A DNA stretch of 59,996 nucleotides, filler included, from Squatina squatina (lineage: Eukaryota), in NCBI GenBank assembly GCA_031763465.1. It is 4 parts of 3 records of this genome, joined end to end, with 100 filler letters (N's around TTAATTAATTAA, not from the genome) between each part and the next. Parts side by side here need not be neighbours in the genome. Positions count along the whole stretch, not along the records: positions 1 to 18,492 come from JARFOE010000004.1; 3 more parts are not named here. One strand, given 5' to 3'. The notes beneath the pieces are model-generated. The model searched no databases. It was given only the letters and a program-made list of their open reading frames with translations, and had not been told where the DNA came from. Both the position numbers and the translations under genes were made by a program. How positions within the stretch are numbered: position 1 is the first letter of the stretch; each line of letters opens with the position of its first letter. Below, piece by piece: positions 1-13,252 of this stretch.

Positions 1-2839
1 TAAATGCTGGTCTTGCCAGCGACACCGACAGCCTGAGAATGGATAAAATCCTGGTGACCCTGCAAAATGGCCAGTCTTTGCTGATCAATTCTACCCTCCT
101 ATAACCAGCTCTCCTTCCGGAGAAGTGGATTTTTTCCTATTCTGCCACATCCTGGAGGCCGGATGATGAAATCTGCAGTTTTTTTTTAAAAAAGCTACAT
201 GCATGGGAGTATTGTGTGTGTGCGCGCACGTGATGGATGCACTTACATAAGCAGTTTTTAAAAAAATAATAAAGTTAACTGTGGATTTCTTTAGGTTATC
301 TCCACTTGGAAATCAAGGAGAAAAGAAGTAGGGATGAGCATCATCAGGAGAGGCAACATATTTCTCTCTTCCTACTGGCCCTGAAACCTTTATTGGATTT
401 GCATATCTTTCAGATAATAAATGCAGCATATAAATTGTATTCCAATACTGATTGTTGCAGTTTGTTACACCATTAAGGTTGACCCTATCCAGGTGATTCC
501 CTGCTAACCACACATTCCTTTCTGCAATATCTGGAATTTGTATACAAGAGCTTATATTAAATTGGACTAGAACAACATAGTCAAACTATTCAACGTTCCT
601 TTGTTTCTTTTGCCCATTAGAGCATGCATGTCAATAGATTTTGCACACATCCGTTTGCATGCAAGTAAATTCTACTTCACTGGTTACTACATACTGCTCC
701 AAATACAGGGTGGTGGGGGGAAAAGAGAAAGTAATTTTCAGATGATGGGATCAGTACCAGCTGATTTTTCCAATGGCACCACCTGGCCCTCTCCATGTTG
801 CCGTGTGCCTACACAAACAGCAATGGCTTCAACAGGTATAGCTGAATTACGTTAACCCAGGGGCAGACTTTCAAACGCACCTGCTTTTCCACTTTAATAA
901 CTTTGTACAATGATCAGGGCTATGTACGAATATGTAGTCTTTAAATATGCTGAAAAACTGCAGAAAGGTTACTGAAGGCTGAGTATTAAATCCCTGAGGA
1001 ATAGTAAATGTGGAAACTTTGGATAAAAGAAAATGGAGAGTCTTTGAAATGCATTTGAGTGTTAATGTGCTCAAAACATATAAAATTTTATCTGTCAGGG
1101 TTAAATGGTAAAACATGATCTGATAAGTGCCAACCAGATCAACAGTACAGGAAATATGACACAATACAGAGTAAGTTTAGGGTAACAGAAACCTTATTGT
1201 GCGAGAGAGAAACATGCAGGTTCTACTCATAAGCATAGAAATGAATGTTCAGCGACTTGACAAATTATTCTGTTTATGCCTCCAACTTGGCTTATCAGTG
1301 GGAGTTCAATGTAATAACTGTTTACAAGAGTTTCTGCAAGATACCATGCTTGCGAAGGTCAGCCTCAAACTTCCTGGGACTTGAGAGGGCAAAAAGCCCG
1401 GGAGAGAGCAGGAATTTGGAGCAGAATCTGGTTACCTGGATTTCTTCCCCCCACCCCCTTAAATTAGAGTGTATGTTGGGAGTGGAGGGGGTTGGGGTAT
1501 GAGGGGGAAGAAGGTCAGATCTCCTGTCCAACCACCCATGTCAAGGGTGCAGGAGTTTTCAGGCTTCCCCGGGAAATGTTGCACCACTCCGACATTCTGA
1601 GTCAGCATTGAGACAGTCGCTGTTGGTGCACTCTTGCCTATGGTAATGACCCTGTCTCAAATCTTCTGGAGTTTGGAACAGGGTCTAGGGTTACTGCCGT
1701 GCCTGAATTTCTAGGCCTACGTGTCAAGACCTGAGCTGACTCTGATGTGAAGTGGAGTGAGCCCATCTCCTCCAGGAATTCTGACTCCCCTTCACTCATT
1801 GTGTTCTGATTGTGGCTTCAGGTGGCATTGGCACATTAACTGCAGTGTTGTTGCAAAGTGAAATCCACACCACAGCTATAGTGTAAATCTACTCTTCAGT
1901 GCAACACAAATTTTGCCACCACTATATATTCTATTAACTCAGGATAGTGAAAGGCCAAATAGATGATTAAAATAATCTGAAAGACAACTAAGGCACTTAA
2001 TAGACACCCTCACATCCGAACCACTTGTTGTTTAGTAATACCTATGGCACAGAACATTACTGACTTCAGACAATGATCTCAATCTTGCTCCGATTCCAAA
2101 ATAAATTGCTTTTCGCAGGCAGCTGATTTTTTTTCCAGGATATGTTGATTAATTTGCAGACGAACTGGTATCTGACCCCAGTAGGAAGTACTCAGCCCGG
2201 AATGTGAACTGCAGCCCATTCTGTCTCAGGAGTGTATTTAAATTAAAACAATTTTAAAGTTTTAGAACATCCAGGAACAGTCAAACAATTGATTGAGAAA
2301 GTATTAATTCCCCCAACAACAAGATGAATACATCCAAATATTACTTGAGTGCAGGCAAAGAACCAGATACTTTCAAATGGAATGATTAAAGAAAGACATT
2401 CGTTTGAAATATATATTATTTATGACAATTTCTTTCCCTTTTTTGTTTAGCCTGGAGGAACCCATTAATCTTGTTATTTAGTTTTGTTATTTACCGTTGT
2501 TTATAGAAAGTTTTCAGAAGCTGTATTTTAGCAGCTTACTTGTTCTACAGTATAACTTCTACTGGGACAATCACTAACTAAAAATACCCTTNNNNNNNNN
2601 NNNNNNNNNNNNNNNNNNNNNNNNNNNNNNNNNNNNNNNNNNNNNNNNNNNNNNNNNNNNNNNNNNNNNNNNNNNNNNNNNNNNNNNNNNNCCCCGCACA
2701 CCCTCCTCCCACCCCACCACGTCTTCTTGCATTCATTTCTGTTGCAGCAGAAACAAACACTAGATCAAATATCTCGAGTCGTCTACTTCAGAGAGTTGTC
2801 TCCGACGCCAGTTTTTGGATCCCGGTCGAAGCAGGCATC

Positions 2840-2865
2840 AGAGAGAGAGAGAGAGAGAGAGAGAG
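2840..2865. repeat. (AG)13 microsatellite
   Basis: Perfect AG dinucleotide run read directly. Confidence 0.95.
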
Positions 2866-3318
2866 CCAAATATGCTGTCTAATGTGGAGTGACGTAAATC
2901 GTTTGGGAAAGCAGCCAAGAGCGGAACTCTATTGTGGTGTTGGCAATTTACACTGCCTTACATGTCTTTGCATGAGCATGCATCTCAGCTGTGCGAACAG
3001 CTACTCTGCCTTGAAGTATAAAGGTCTTTTTTTCACTTTTGCTGCCAAAATTAATGAGGCCAGATGATCACCGCCTACAAGTCGGAGAGCGAAGCTATAT
3101 GTGCAGTCTCCCTATATTCAGTATGTTCCTAGTTTAAAGTTGAAATTCTGTTGAGAGCACCGTATCTTCATGTTTTGTCTGGGCATTAGGGTAACTCAAG
3201 GCTTTGTGTTCTTCTGTCNNNNNNNNNNNNNNNNNNNNNNNNNNNNNNNNNNNNNNNNNNNNNNNNNNNNNNNNNNNNNNNNNNNNNNNNNNNNNNNNNN
3301 NNNNNNNNNNNNNNNNNN

Positions 3319-4378
3319 TTCCCTTCGAGTATTCATCCGATTCTCTTTTGAAAGTTATTATTGAATCTGCTTCCTTCGCTCTTACAGGCAGTGCAATCCA
3401 GATCACAACAACTCGCTGCGTAAATTAGATTTTCCTTTTGTCATCTCTCGTTCTTTTGCCAATTATCTTTAAATCTGTGTCCTCTGGTTACCGATCCTTC
3501 TGCCACTGGAAACAGTTTTTACTTTTTTACTCTATTAAAACCATGATTTTGAACATCGTTATCTAATCTCCTTTTAAAGTTCTCTGCTCTAAGAAGAACA
3601 ATTCCAGCTTCTCTAGTCTCTCCACAAACCTGAAGTCCCTCATCCCTAAATTCATTCTAGCAAATCTCTTCTGCACCCGCTCTAAGACCTTGACATCCTT
3701 CCTAAAGTTTGGTTGCCCCGAATTGAACACAATACTCAAGCTGGGGCTGAACCAGTGTTTTATAAAGATTTAGCATACCTTCCTTGCTTTTTGTACTCTG
3801 TGCCTCTATTTATAAAGCCAAGGATCCCATATGTTTTTTTAGCAGCCTTCTTAACTTGACCTGACACCTTCAAAGATTTGTTTACATACATCCCCAAATC
3901 TTTCTGTTGCTGCATCCCCTTTAAAATTGTATCATTTGGTTCACATTGCCCCCACGCATTCTTCCCATCAAGATGTATCACTTCACACTTCTCTGTGTTA
4001 AATTTCATCTGCCACGTGTCTGCCCATTTCACCAGTCTGTCTATGTCCTCCTGAAGTCTGTCACTATCCTCCTCATTGTTTACTACATTTCCAAGTTTCA
4101 TATTATCTGCAAACTTTGAAATTTTGTCTCCTATACCCAAGTGCAGATCATTAAAATCTATCAAAAAGAGCAGTTGTCCCAATACCGATCCCTTGGGAAC
4201 ACCACTGCACACTTCCCTCTCGTCTGAAAAACAACGTTCACCACTACTCTGCATTCTGTCCCTTACTCAATTTTGCATCCATACTGCCACTCTCCCTCTA
4301 ATCCCACGGGCTTCAATTTTACTAACAAGTCTATTATGTAGCACTTTGCCACAGACCTTTTGAAAGTCCATACACACA
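3319..4378 (-). mobile_element. CR1-clade LINE, 5'-truncated degenerate 3' portion (reverse transcriptase C-terminal half)
   Basis: ORF 3760-4254 has SGVPKGSVLGQLLFLI..ISKFADNMKL..LQEDIDRLVKWADTWQMKFN..KC, the CR1 RT signature (GVPQGSVLGP, FADD decayed). ORF 3134-3406 has the CR1 tail IWIALP..EADSIITFKRE. Confidence 0.93.
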
Positions 4379-6811
4379 GCAACGACACTACCTTTACCGT
4401 TGCCAATTTATTTTGAAAAGGGCCCAAAATCAATTTAGTAAATTTACACATGGTATAAATGGCTTGCAAATCTTGCAGTGGGTGCTTTACAATATGTAGT
4501 GAAATTGCAAACATGTTTTATTTATCACACATTTACGATTTTGCTATAAGCATCTAACAGAAGAAGCCTTCCCCCATTTGTGAATCCATCTGAATTAGCC
4601 AACCCCCAGTGTGGTTGGCTAATTCAGATGGATTAGGCTTCACTTCTAAAATAAATATTGTGAATAGCTGCCTAGAGTTTGTATCTGAAAGCAATGTTGA
4701 TCATTTCAAACTAGAAGTGAAACACAGAGCAGGATTAATATATATGTATACATTTTCCACGAGAAACATTTTACAGGTGTACAATTTGGCCACTCTTCCA
4801 CTTGTTATGATGTTTATTGCGTGTGGACATTTTTTTTTCGACCCCCTACTGTAACATTCCAAGTAGACTGCTGATTAGTGGCAATAACAGAAAGCAGGTT
4901 CCCAGTTGAGAAATGCTGGTTGGCACAGGAATGATCAGGATATTGCAGCTGTGGCTTTATGACTCAACATTAAAAAAGTTTTATTAGCATTTGAATTTCT
5001 GAAACATGACTTGATAATGTAAATGTACCTATGATCTCCTTAAGCTTCCAACAAAACAGAGCAAAGAATGTCAATATTATTATTTTAATGGCTGATTGTA
5101 AGAGGACAGTAACAAGAGCTACAGAAAGAAATCGAGGGATAATATGCACATTCATTCGTTTGCACGGAACGTCTGCCTTTGCTCCAGGCCTGCCTGGCTG
5201 TCACATGCTGCTGGTGCCAATGTGCATGGTTCCTCTCGTCCCCTCATCCCCAAGAACCTGACTATTTAGAAGTAGAACTATCTACCGTCATAATCACCGA
5301 CTCCCTTCACCAACCAGCTTGAGCTATGCAGATTCTGTCAAAAAGGTACGGGCGCCCAATTGGCATTTTTATAGTCAGTGGCTATATGGGGCCAATAGGT
5401 GTAATTTTAGCGCCCTAATAGAGCTGTCCCTNNNNNNNNNNNNNNNNNNNNNNNNNNNNNNNNNNNNNNNNNNNNNNNNNNNNNNNNNNNNNNNNNNNNN
5501 NNNNNNNNNNNNNNNNNNNNNNNNNNNNNNNGAGCAGGAAAATGGGACTAAATGGTGTGGAGCTAGCAGTGGCACAGGCATAAGGTGCTGAATGGGATTC
5601 TTCTGTATTTTCTGTTTTTAAGATTTCTTCACACTAACTCTTTAATTACCTTCTTGCGACTACAGAGAATCTCTGAATACAATATTATTCTATGGTTGTT
5701 ATGAAAGTATTTTAATAGCATTAATTTATTAAGTTAAAACATTTGGTGAAGATGAAAATGCCACTTTCTACATTAAAAGGTAAGAAATAATTCAGAGTTA
5801 TCGTCATTCTTTCTGAAAACTCATTATAAAGTTTTGTGAATGAAAAAGACAGTCATTTCATTTTGAAAGTGACAAGCTTCCTTATGTCGCAAACTAGTGA
5901 GGTTTGTCACTTTACTTAAAAACCAAAAGGTCACCCCACTCTACATACACCAGAGTGGAGATGATAAGTCACTATACATTGTTATTCATAGTTTATAAAT
6001 AGCTACCAGTTATTAAGCACACTTTTTGATTGTACAAATACAGCTCAGAAGAATTACCACATAGGAGGAGCAAGTTTTGGTATTTTTTCCAGTAGACAGG
6101 CTTCCTTTGGAGGAAGAATAGACACATAACTTCACAAGCACAATTAAACAGAGACATCCTACAGCTCATAAATGTCATTTCCATTATGAATTAGTCAATG
6201 TTCCACCCTATCTTCATTATATGAAGTTCCTGCAAACTTTAAGTCATGCTTAACTCTACCGTCCCCATCTCTATTTGCTGCATTTATATTGACACCCAGA
6301 ATTTTGAATTTTATTCAAACATGGGGTGTTGGCCCACCTGGATCAGGCTGGAAACCTCACTAATCTATGCAAATCTGGGTCCTTTGACATGCTTAGTCCT
6401 ATCATACAGGTCCTATGCTACATTAACTCTCTATTAGATGGAGCGGCTACTCAGTATAGCCTGACAGTACAGAAGAAGAGGCCCAAAAAGGGCCAACAGT
6501 GCCCCTGCACACACCCCGCCTTTCACCCCGCCCCCCGCTCCACCCCTCCCTCCCCCATCCCCGTCCCTTCACTTTGCAATCACATTTCCCCCTCTCAGAC
6601 CAGCCTTATTCCTGCATGGGTCGGTGGAGAAGGAGTTTGATGAGGTTGTGTTTAATGATGGTGACACTTGAATTAAGTTAAATGTTTTGATATAAAATGG
6701 CAAATAGATAGCACAATCAGAAAAAGTACATACATTGTTAACCTCTAAAGACTGGACAGTATGCCTAATAGGCAACAAGAGTTAGTTCAGACAGTCAACA
6801 CAAACATATTT

Positions 6812-7296
6812 ATGGCCTGTATTTTTCGGTGGGTAATGATGGCAAACTGTTACCCTTCGTTGCCATTACCCCTCTGAAACTGAACGCAACTTCAGGATTT
6901 AGTGCATGCGTGTCTAAACGCAAAAATCCTGAAGCTGCAGTCATTCACTGCTCTGACACTTAGCCAGCAATCAGTGAGATCAGTAGAACTGACAAAAACT
7001 TGTGCTTTTCTGCCTTAATATCACAGTTAAATACCCCATTAAATGTTAAGCCTTGTTGGAATATGTGTAACTGGGGTTTTAACAGCATATTGACTGCTAA
7101 GCAACTGTTCTGGCCCTGAAAAGCTCATATTTATATTTGTGGAATGTCAATTTTCTCCATTATGATAAAAAATGACTAGATTTTAAAAGAAATTTAAAGT
7201 TTGTTCATAATGTTTCATCGTCTACCTTAACCCCATGTGTATGTCTCAATCTTTATTTCTCTCTTTTTAACATTTAAAAAAAGTGCAGATAATCAG
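6812..7296. mobile_element. Probable non-autonomous DNA transposon (MITE-like) fragment
   Basis: Begins tatggcctgtattttt and has an internal inverted repeat TTCAGGATT...AATCCTGAA (6891-6933). Truncated by the gap at 7297. Confidence 0.35.
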
Positions 7297-9775
7297 NNNN
7301 NNNNNNNNNNNNNNNNNNNNNNNNNNNNNNNNNNNNNNNNNNNNNNNNNNNNNNNNNNNNNNNNNNNNNNNNNNNNNNNNNNNNNNNNNNNNNNNNGGTG
7401 GAACCAGCTCAATGTGCTGAATGGCCTACTCCTGTTCCTATGTTCCCATTAAGCAAGACTCTGGTACTTATGTCTCCACAGAAGACATTGACATTCTTGG
7501 GTAAGATCAACAATAAATATTGTAATCTCATAGGAGGAGGTGCCTAAAGGCATGAAGGCTAAAGGGATTAAATTAAGTCCACATGGAGGACACACTTCAA
7601 TCATAATTATGCAGCAAGGCGAATCCCTTATATCAAGATGCCCTCCACAGGACCAACAGAGGTAAGAATAGTCAGCCAGGTTTCCTTCATTATTTCCACT
7701 CAGTTTTAGAACATACGGAGGCAGAACACAGCCCCATATTTCAGAGCTGCATAGACTTATAGAAACTATACAATGTGTGTTCAATCACATAAGTGTATTG
7801 TAAGTGTTTTTGCAGTACGATGGAGCAGTTTGTCACAGCATATCTTCTCTCTAATGAATATAAACTTATAAAACAAAATTGTATTCCCAGTGCCATGCCT
7901 TACCTGGTAGCAGCACATATAGCAAATTTGGGAAAGCTCCTCCACCTCACAGCTTTCTATGTAATTTGTAAAATTATCCCTTCCAGCTTCTGCTTACAAT
8001 GGTAGCTTGTCAACAATCAGACCTCCATAAGATCAACTGAAGACCTCTTCAGGAGTCTGTCCAGGCATCATCTGGTGGCACTGAGGTGATGTGTCACTCA
8101 TCCTGACAAGGGCAATTTCACTGTGCATTCCTCCCAAAACTTATTTGACAGTGATATGTAAATATACAAATGTTATTACAACTTGCTGTTTAAAATGTTT
8201 TCATGTATCTTACCTCACAATTAATATTATGTAGCTGCATATACGCAGTTCCCATTTTTATCTTTAATGTTGCATCTATTTACTTAATAGTATTTTGGTA
8301 CTTTTAAATATAGTCAGTGTATTCGGGTATTTCCATGTTGATATATATTTTAAAATTAAAAGTTATGTATTGAAGACAACTTCACTTAGCTTTCACCAAG
8401 TTTAGATTCTAGATATTCATTTACTTATATTAGAGCTACTAGATTTTCTGCTAATGCAGTCAATTCTAGTCTCAATTGTTTTATGTATTTGGAATTTTAA
8501 AAAGTTTGTAATTAATCATTTCATAGTTCTGTATCTTTTTCTTAGCCATCATAATCTAATTTCATTTAGAATAGTTATGAGTCCCAATGTTCTAGTATTA
8601 GCTGTTTTATACCCTCTTTTATACTCGCCTTCATCTTCATTTTAACATAGTTAAATGCTAGATTACATTTCAATACATGTAATAATTGATTGATCAGAAC
8701 TATGAATTTTCACAAGCACATTTTCCAAAGATGTTCTTTACATTTAAAGTAGTGATATTACAACAGAGACAAGACGTACATTATAAAAAAAACTCAGGTT
8801 ATTGTTTTGCTGCACTTATTTAAATATTTTTTATCATCAATATTCCCCTTCACTTTCCCTCTGAAGACATTGAATCCTTGCTGAGGTACATAGTTCCACA
8901 CACATCAAATGCCAAGATGGCCTTTATACATGTTTGACATTTGTCACAGCCCAGCCCAATCCTGTTGCCACTTGATATCNNNNNNNNNNGGGGCACTAAC
9001 ACCAATTGAACGGCATCAAACCTGGAACCTTCCTGGTTTGTATGGCACGGCTGCTTAGTCAACAGACTCACTGGATCATTGGGGGAGCTATTCAATTTAT
9101 TTTATTTTACATAAAATATATGTATACATACATTTCCACTACTAGTAAATCTCTCATGACATTGTTCATGGTACTTCAAGAGTGGCGCCTGGGTGACAGT
9201 CAGATCTCCAGATAAAAATGAAAGAGGGAAAGTTGATGGTCACAAATGTAGATATGATCTTAAAATTAATCACAGAAAGTTCAAGAAAGGCTTCCAAAGA
9301 TTGGGGACTTACAGGAATTTAAAAAAGAGAGACTTCAATGGGACGAAGAAGTTTCACAGGTAAACGTTCTAAGCTGCTGGGAGACGAATAGAAGAGCTGC
9401 CACAACACCACCTATTGGAAGGATGCCTGAGTCATAACAGTCCATTGTTGACAGAGGAAACTCCCATTTATAAACGTTGGCTTGGAACATTATCAGAGGT
9501 TTTGACATTAAAGTGTTATCAAAAATCATGACGACAGGAAATACACGCATACACAAGATTCTTAATATAATATAGATGTTTCAGATAATTATTTTCCTGC
9601 TCTGCCTTGGAGATGGTGTGATTTTTTTTTAAAACCTGGCCTGAAAAAGTCTAAATTCTTCCCTTGGCGGAGGGCTTTAGTTGTGGTGGACAATCCTCCG
9701 GTTTCCTGATTAAAGTGAATTTGAATAATTTGTTAAATTATTGGATTTTGCTAATTCGATAAATAATTGGAAATT

Positions 9776-10404
9776 AGGGGGAGTAATTGGCTGCATTATG
9801 CCTCCTGTTTGTGCCCACTGGACGCAAATGCCTTTACGACTGGACCCGGCGCTGACATCGACTCCTGCCATACTGGGCGGGAGTTTAGCGGTGCTACTGC
9901 ATTGCGCCCCAATCTTTTCAACTTAAGGATATAGATCGTGATGTCATCACTGTGCACATCTCCCTGTTAGCACCCCAGACCCGGAATTCACTTCCGTCCC
10001 CTGCAGCAACACTAGGCGAAAACATCGGCAGCTGCAGGAGGCGTGGATCGGCCGGCCGGCCGCTGCCGGGGCGCTGATTAAAGGCGAGGTGGCTGAGGTA
10101 ATTTTAAAAAAAAACCTTACCTTCTCTCTTGCAGCTGTTTTCGGGCGTTCCCGCCCATGAGCGATCAGCCTGGCACTCTGCTGCCGTCGTTGAGAAGTTT
10201 TTATTTTCTTTGCCGACCCTGCAGCGATGGCCCCTCCCTTTAAGGGAGGGAAGGAGCCTTTCAACACGGCATCGCTGCATGGTCCAGTGCGCAACGCTGC
10301 TCCACTCACCGCCCCGCCTGCTGCCGATTGTGCTCCAGGAAGGAAGTGGAGCTCCTGATTTAGTGCTGCACTTCATTCTTGGGGCGCAAATGTCGAATTT
10401 TTTT
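9776..10404. mobile_element. GC/CpG-rich non-autonomous transposon-like insert
   Basis: Sharp GC/CpG-rich block in an AT-rich intron, with ggggagtaattg and cgaattt type ends. Its ORFs are not recognisable. A CR1 3' end abuts its right side. Confidence 0.45.
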
Positions 10405-10670
10405 TAGAAACATAGAAACATAGAAAATAGGTGCAGGATTAGGCCATTAGGCCCTTCGAGCCTGCACCGCCATTCAATATGATCATNNNNNNNNNNNNNN
10501 NNNNNNNNNNNNNNNNNNNNNNNNNNNNNNNNNNNNNNNNNNNNNNNNNNNNNNNNNNNNNNNNNNNNNNNNNNNNNNNNNNNNNNTGAATATAGCTAAT
10601 GAACTGGCCTCAACAGCTTTCTGTGGTAGAGAATTCCACAGGTTCACAACTCTCTGGGTGAAAGAGAGTT
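10405..10670 (-). mobile_element. CR1 LINE 3' end with short tandem tail
   Basis: tagaaacatagaaacatagaaaatagg (reverse of a (TTTCTATG)n tail), followed by ggccattaggcccttcgagcctgcaccgccattcaatatgatcat and gtagagaattccacaggttcacaactctctgggtgaa. Confidence 0.85.
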
Positions 10671-11549
10671 TAAGAGATGCGTTCCCATTTTATAGAAGCC
10701 TTGGGAGGCCTCTCCCAGAAATTGCACAGAGAAAATGGATAGGCTGCCTGTTTCCTGACACAATTGGGTAAGCAGCCCTTCAAACATATTAAAATGAGGC
10801 CTGGGCCTCATGTGAGGGCAACATTGTGGGGGCTTCCCACTTGCTCCGCCCCTGCCTGTTAAAATTGGGGCTTTTAAAACAAAATGCAATATCTTGCACC
10901 TTAATCCAAAATAATAATGGCACATTAAATAAAAAGGATGTAACAGTTTTGAAAGTCAGCAATTTAGGATCCACAAAAGGGAAAGAAAATCATGTTTTTA
11001 AGGTTATCAAGGTTATGCTGGTTGTCATTGAAGCGGCAGAGAGAGTAGAGTACATGAAGTTACTGTAACTGCTCTGCTGACAAAATGCAGTAGATTAAGA
11101 GAAACTGGTAAAAACATGAAGAGGTAACGAGCAACTCAAAATTTAACCTTCATCGCACTTAAATTTTATTCACAAAGAATGACGATAGTTCAGTAACCGA
11201 GGGTTGTGGATATTTTGAACTCCGTTTCAAGCTGTTATGTGCAGAAACCTAAGAATAGTTCGCCCTCTGTTTTTAAGTGAGAATGCTTAACTGCTTCTGA
11301 AACACTCTTTATTTATACATTTTGTTTGCACTGTTATTTTATTCACTTGGGTTTAAGTGGTCAAAAACTTTGCCAACAAACCGATGCATATGTTTCCTTT
11401 ATGTCCAAGTTATGGTAGATATGAGGCAATAATACCTGGGGTTATTTATNNNNNNNNNNNNNNNNNNNNNNNNNNNNNNNNNNNNNNNNNNNNNNNNNNN
11501 NNNNNNNNNNNNNNNNNNNNNNNNNNNNNNNNNNNNNNNNNNNNNNNNN

Positions 11550-12153
11550 AGCGTGGCCGAAGCATCGTTGCAGCTAGAACAGCCTCTCTGAAAGCGCAGC
11601 TGTCATTTCAGAAAGTATTATTGGTTTCTTAAAGGGGCAATGCCTCCTGAAATGAAAAAAAAAATAAAAATCATGTTAAAAATATGCAGTTTTTAGCCCT
11701 TACAGCTCAACTGCCTTCTGAAAAAAAAATTAAAATGAAGTCCCAAATGGGAGTTGTCAGCTCTTAAAGCTGAATTCTCTTCTGCACCTTAAAAAAAAGG
11801 AAGAAGTACTTGCTTAATGCAAACTTACCTGAAAGATGTGTGTGTCCCTTTAAGAGGTGCTGACAGCGTCTCTGTTAATCCACTGAACGTTGGATTTTCG
11901 TAGCGAGCTTAGGACCCAGCGCTGAACTCAGCACTAAGGTCAAAGTTTGATGAACTGACGGTAAGTCAGCGTGATGTCACCCTCTCTTCATTTACATTTT
12001 CAGGGCCACTGCTGCTGTCGCCAGTACTAAGACCCTAACCAAAATATCGTCTGTCAAGTCCTGCACCAAAGAAGTACGCTAGAGTGGCGCTGCCATTGTT
12101 CGCCAAGATTGCTGAAATAACTCGTGGCAGCAATGGCCCAATTTCTAGGCCCA
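11550..12153. mobile_element. MITE-like repeat fragment
   Basis: CpG-containing block ending caatttctaggccca, the same style of terminus as other inserts here. The left end is lost in a gap. Confidence 0.3.
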
Positions 12154-13093
12154 AAGCTTTCACTAAATTTCACTCATCCTATTTGTGAGATTATCTAAAA
12201 CTAATTTGGAATAGAGATCTCAAATGGTAAAAAGAAAACTGTCCATTGTTTTGTGTGTGTAGTTGCCNNNNNNNNNNNNNGGGGGAACCATAGATCCATA
12301 TTTTGTTTCCCACTGACAGGTAATAAATTAAAATGTTATCGTGTGAGTTAGCAGAACTTCTAACAGCCTTGTCTCAATAACAATAAGTTGGCAAGAACTA
12401 GTATTCTGTGCTAATACTGTTCAGGGTAGGCATTTAATATCATTGTGGATAAAGGAATGATTGCGTAAAAGAACATTTTGCTTGTGAGTGTGTTCCTTGT
12501 ACGACTATACGACCTCACTGGCTTACATTTTTAGAATTTTGTAACTTAAAATACAGTACAAACATTTTGTCCCTGGTTCTAACCATTTATCAAACAACCA
12601 GATATAAAGTTGTTTTACAATGTAAACTTTTATATTCCAAAATAAATCAACAGCACGGTTTACAAAAAATGTTTTGACTGCTTTCTTCATTCCAAACACA
12701 GCTGCTGCTTAAAGGCAGCATTCCTATGTTACAGACACACACACTGACCTTGACATTAATTGCTATTTGACTGCGGCCTATAATGTGTGTGATGTTTCAG
12801 TATCTTTGAGCTGTGAGCTGTCTGCCGTATGTACTCCACCCTTAATGACAGTTAGACATGATTCAGGGTGAACTTTGTCATCAAACAGGAACTATGTTTA
12901 TATACAGACACCACTGGGATATGCCAAGTAGCCAAACATCCTTTCAGGAAATGTCCCTGTTGGGAGGTTCAGTTGATGTCTGTAGACCTAGGCTGCAGCA
13001 GAAGCAGCTATGCTTACTTACAGGAATGTTATTCCATAGTTTTTTATCTAGAATGGATAGACATGTTGTCTAGGAGCTTGCAAAGAAATAGGT

Positions 13094-13252
13094 GTCAGCC
13101 TTGGCACATTGTAGCGCTCTCGCCTCTAAATCAGAAGGTTGAGGGTTCAAGTCTCTCTCTAGAGACATGAGTACAAAATCTTGGCTGACACTTGGGTGCA
13201 GTACTGTGGGTGTTTGGGGGCGGGGGGGGACGCATCTTTCAAATGAGACATC
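13094..13252 (+). mobile_element. 5' fragment of the tRNA-derived SINE seen full length at 28106-28568
   Basis: gtcagccttggc..gtagcgctctcgcctctaaatcagaaggttgagggttcaagtc matches the head of the 28106 element, including a B-box-like GGTTCAAGTC. Confidence 0.75.

Noticed and set aside
6514-6568. C-run tract able to form a G-quadruplex on the minus strand
   Set aside because: Low-complexity intronic tract with no supporting context. Such tracts are common in vertebrate DNA.
9776-10404. CpG-island promoter or novel small proteins (also 28828-29460)
   Set aside because: Sharp boundaries and transposon-like termini point to repeat insertions. The ORFs are low-information GC-rich frames.
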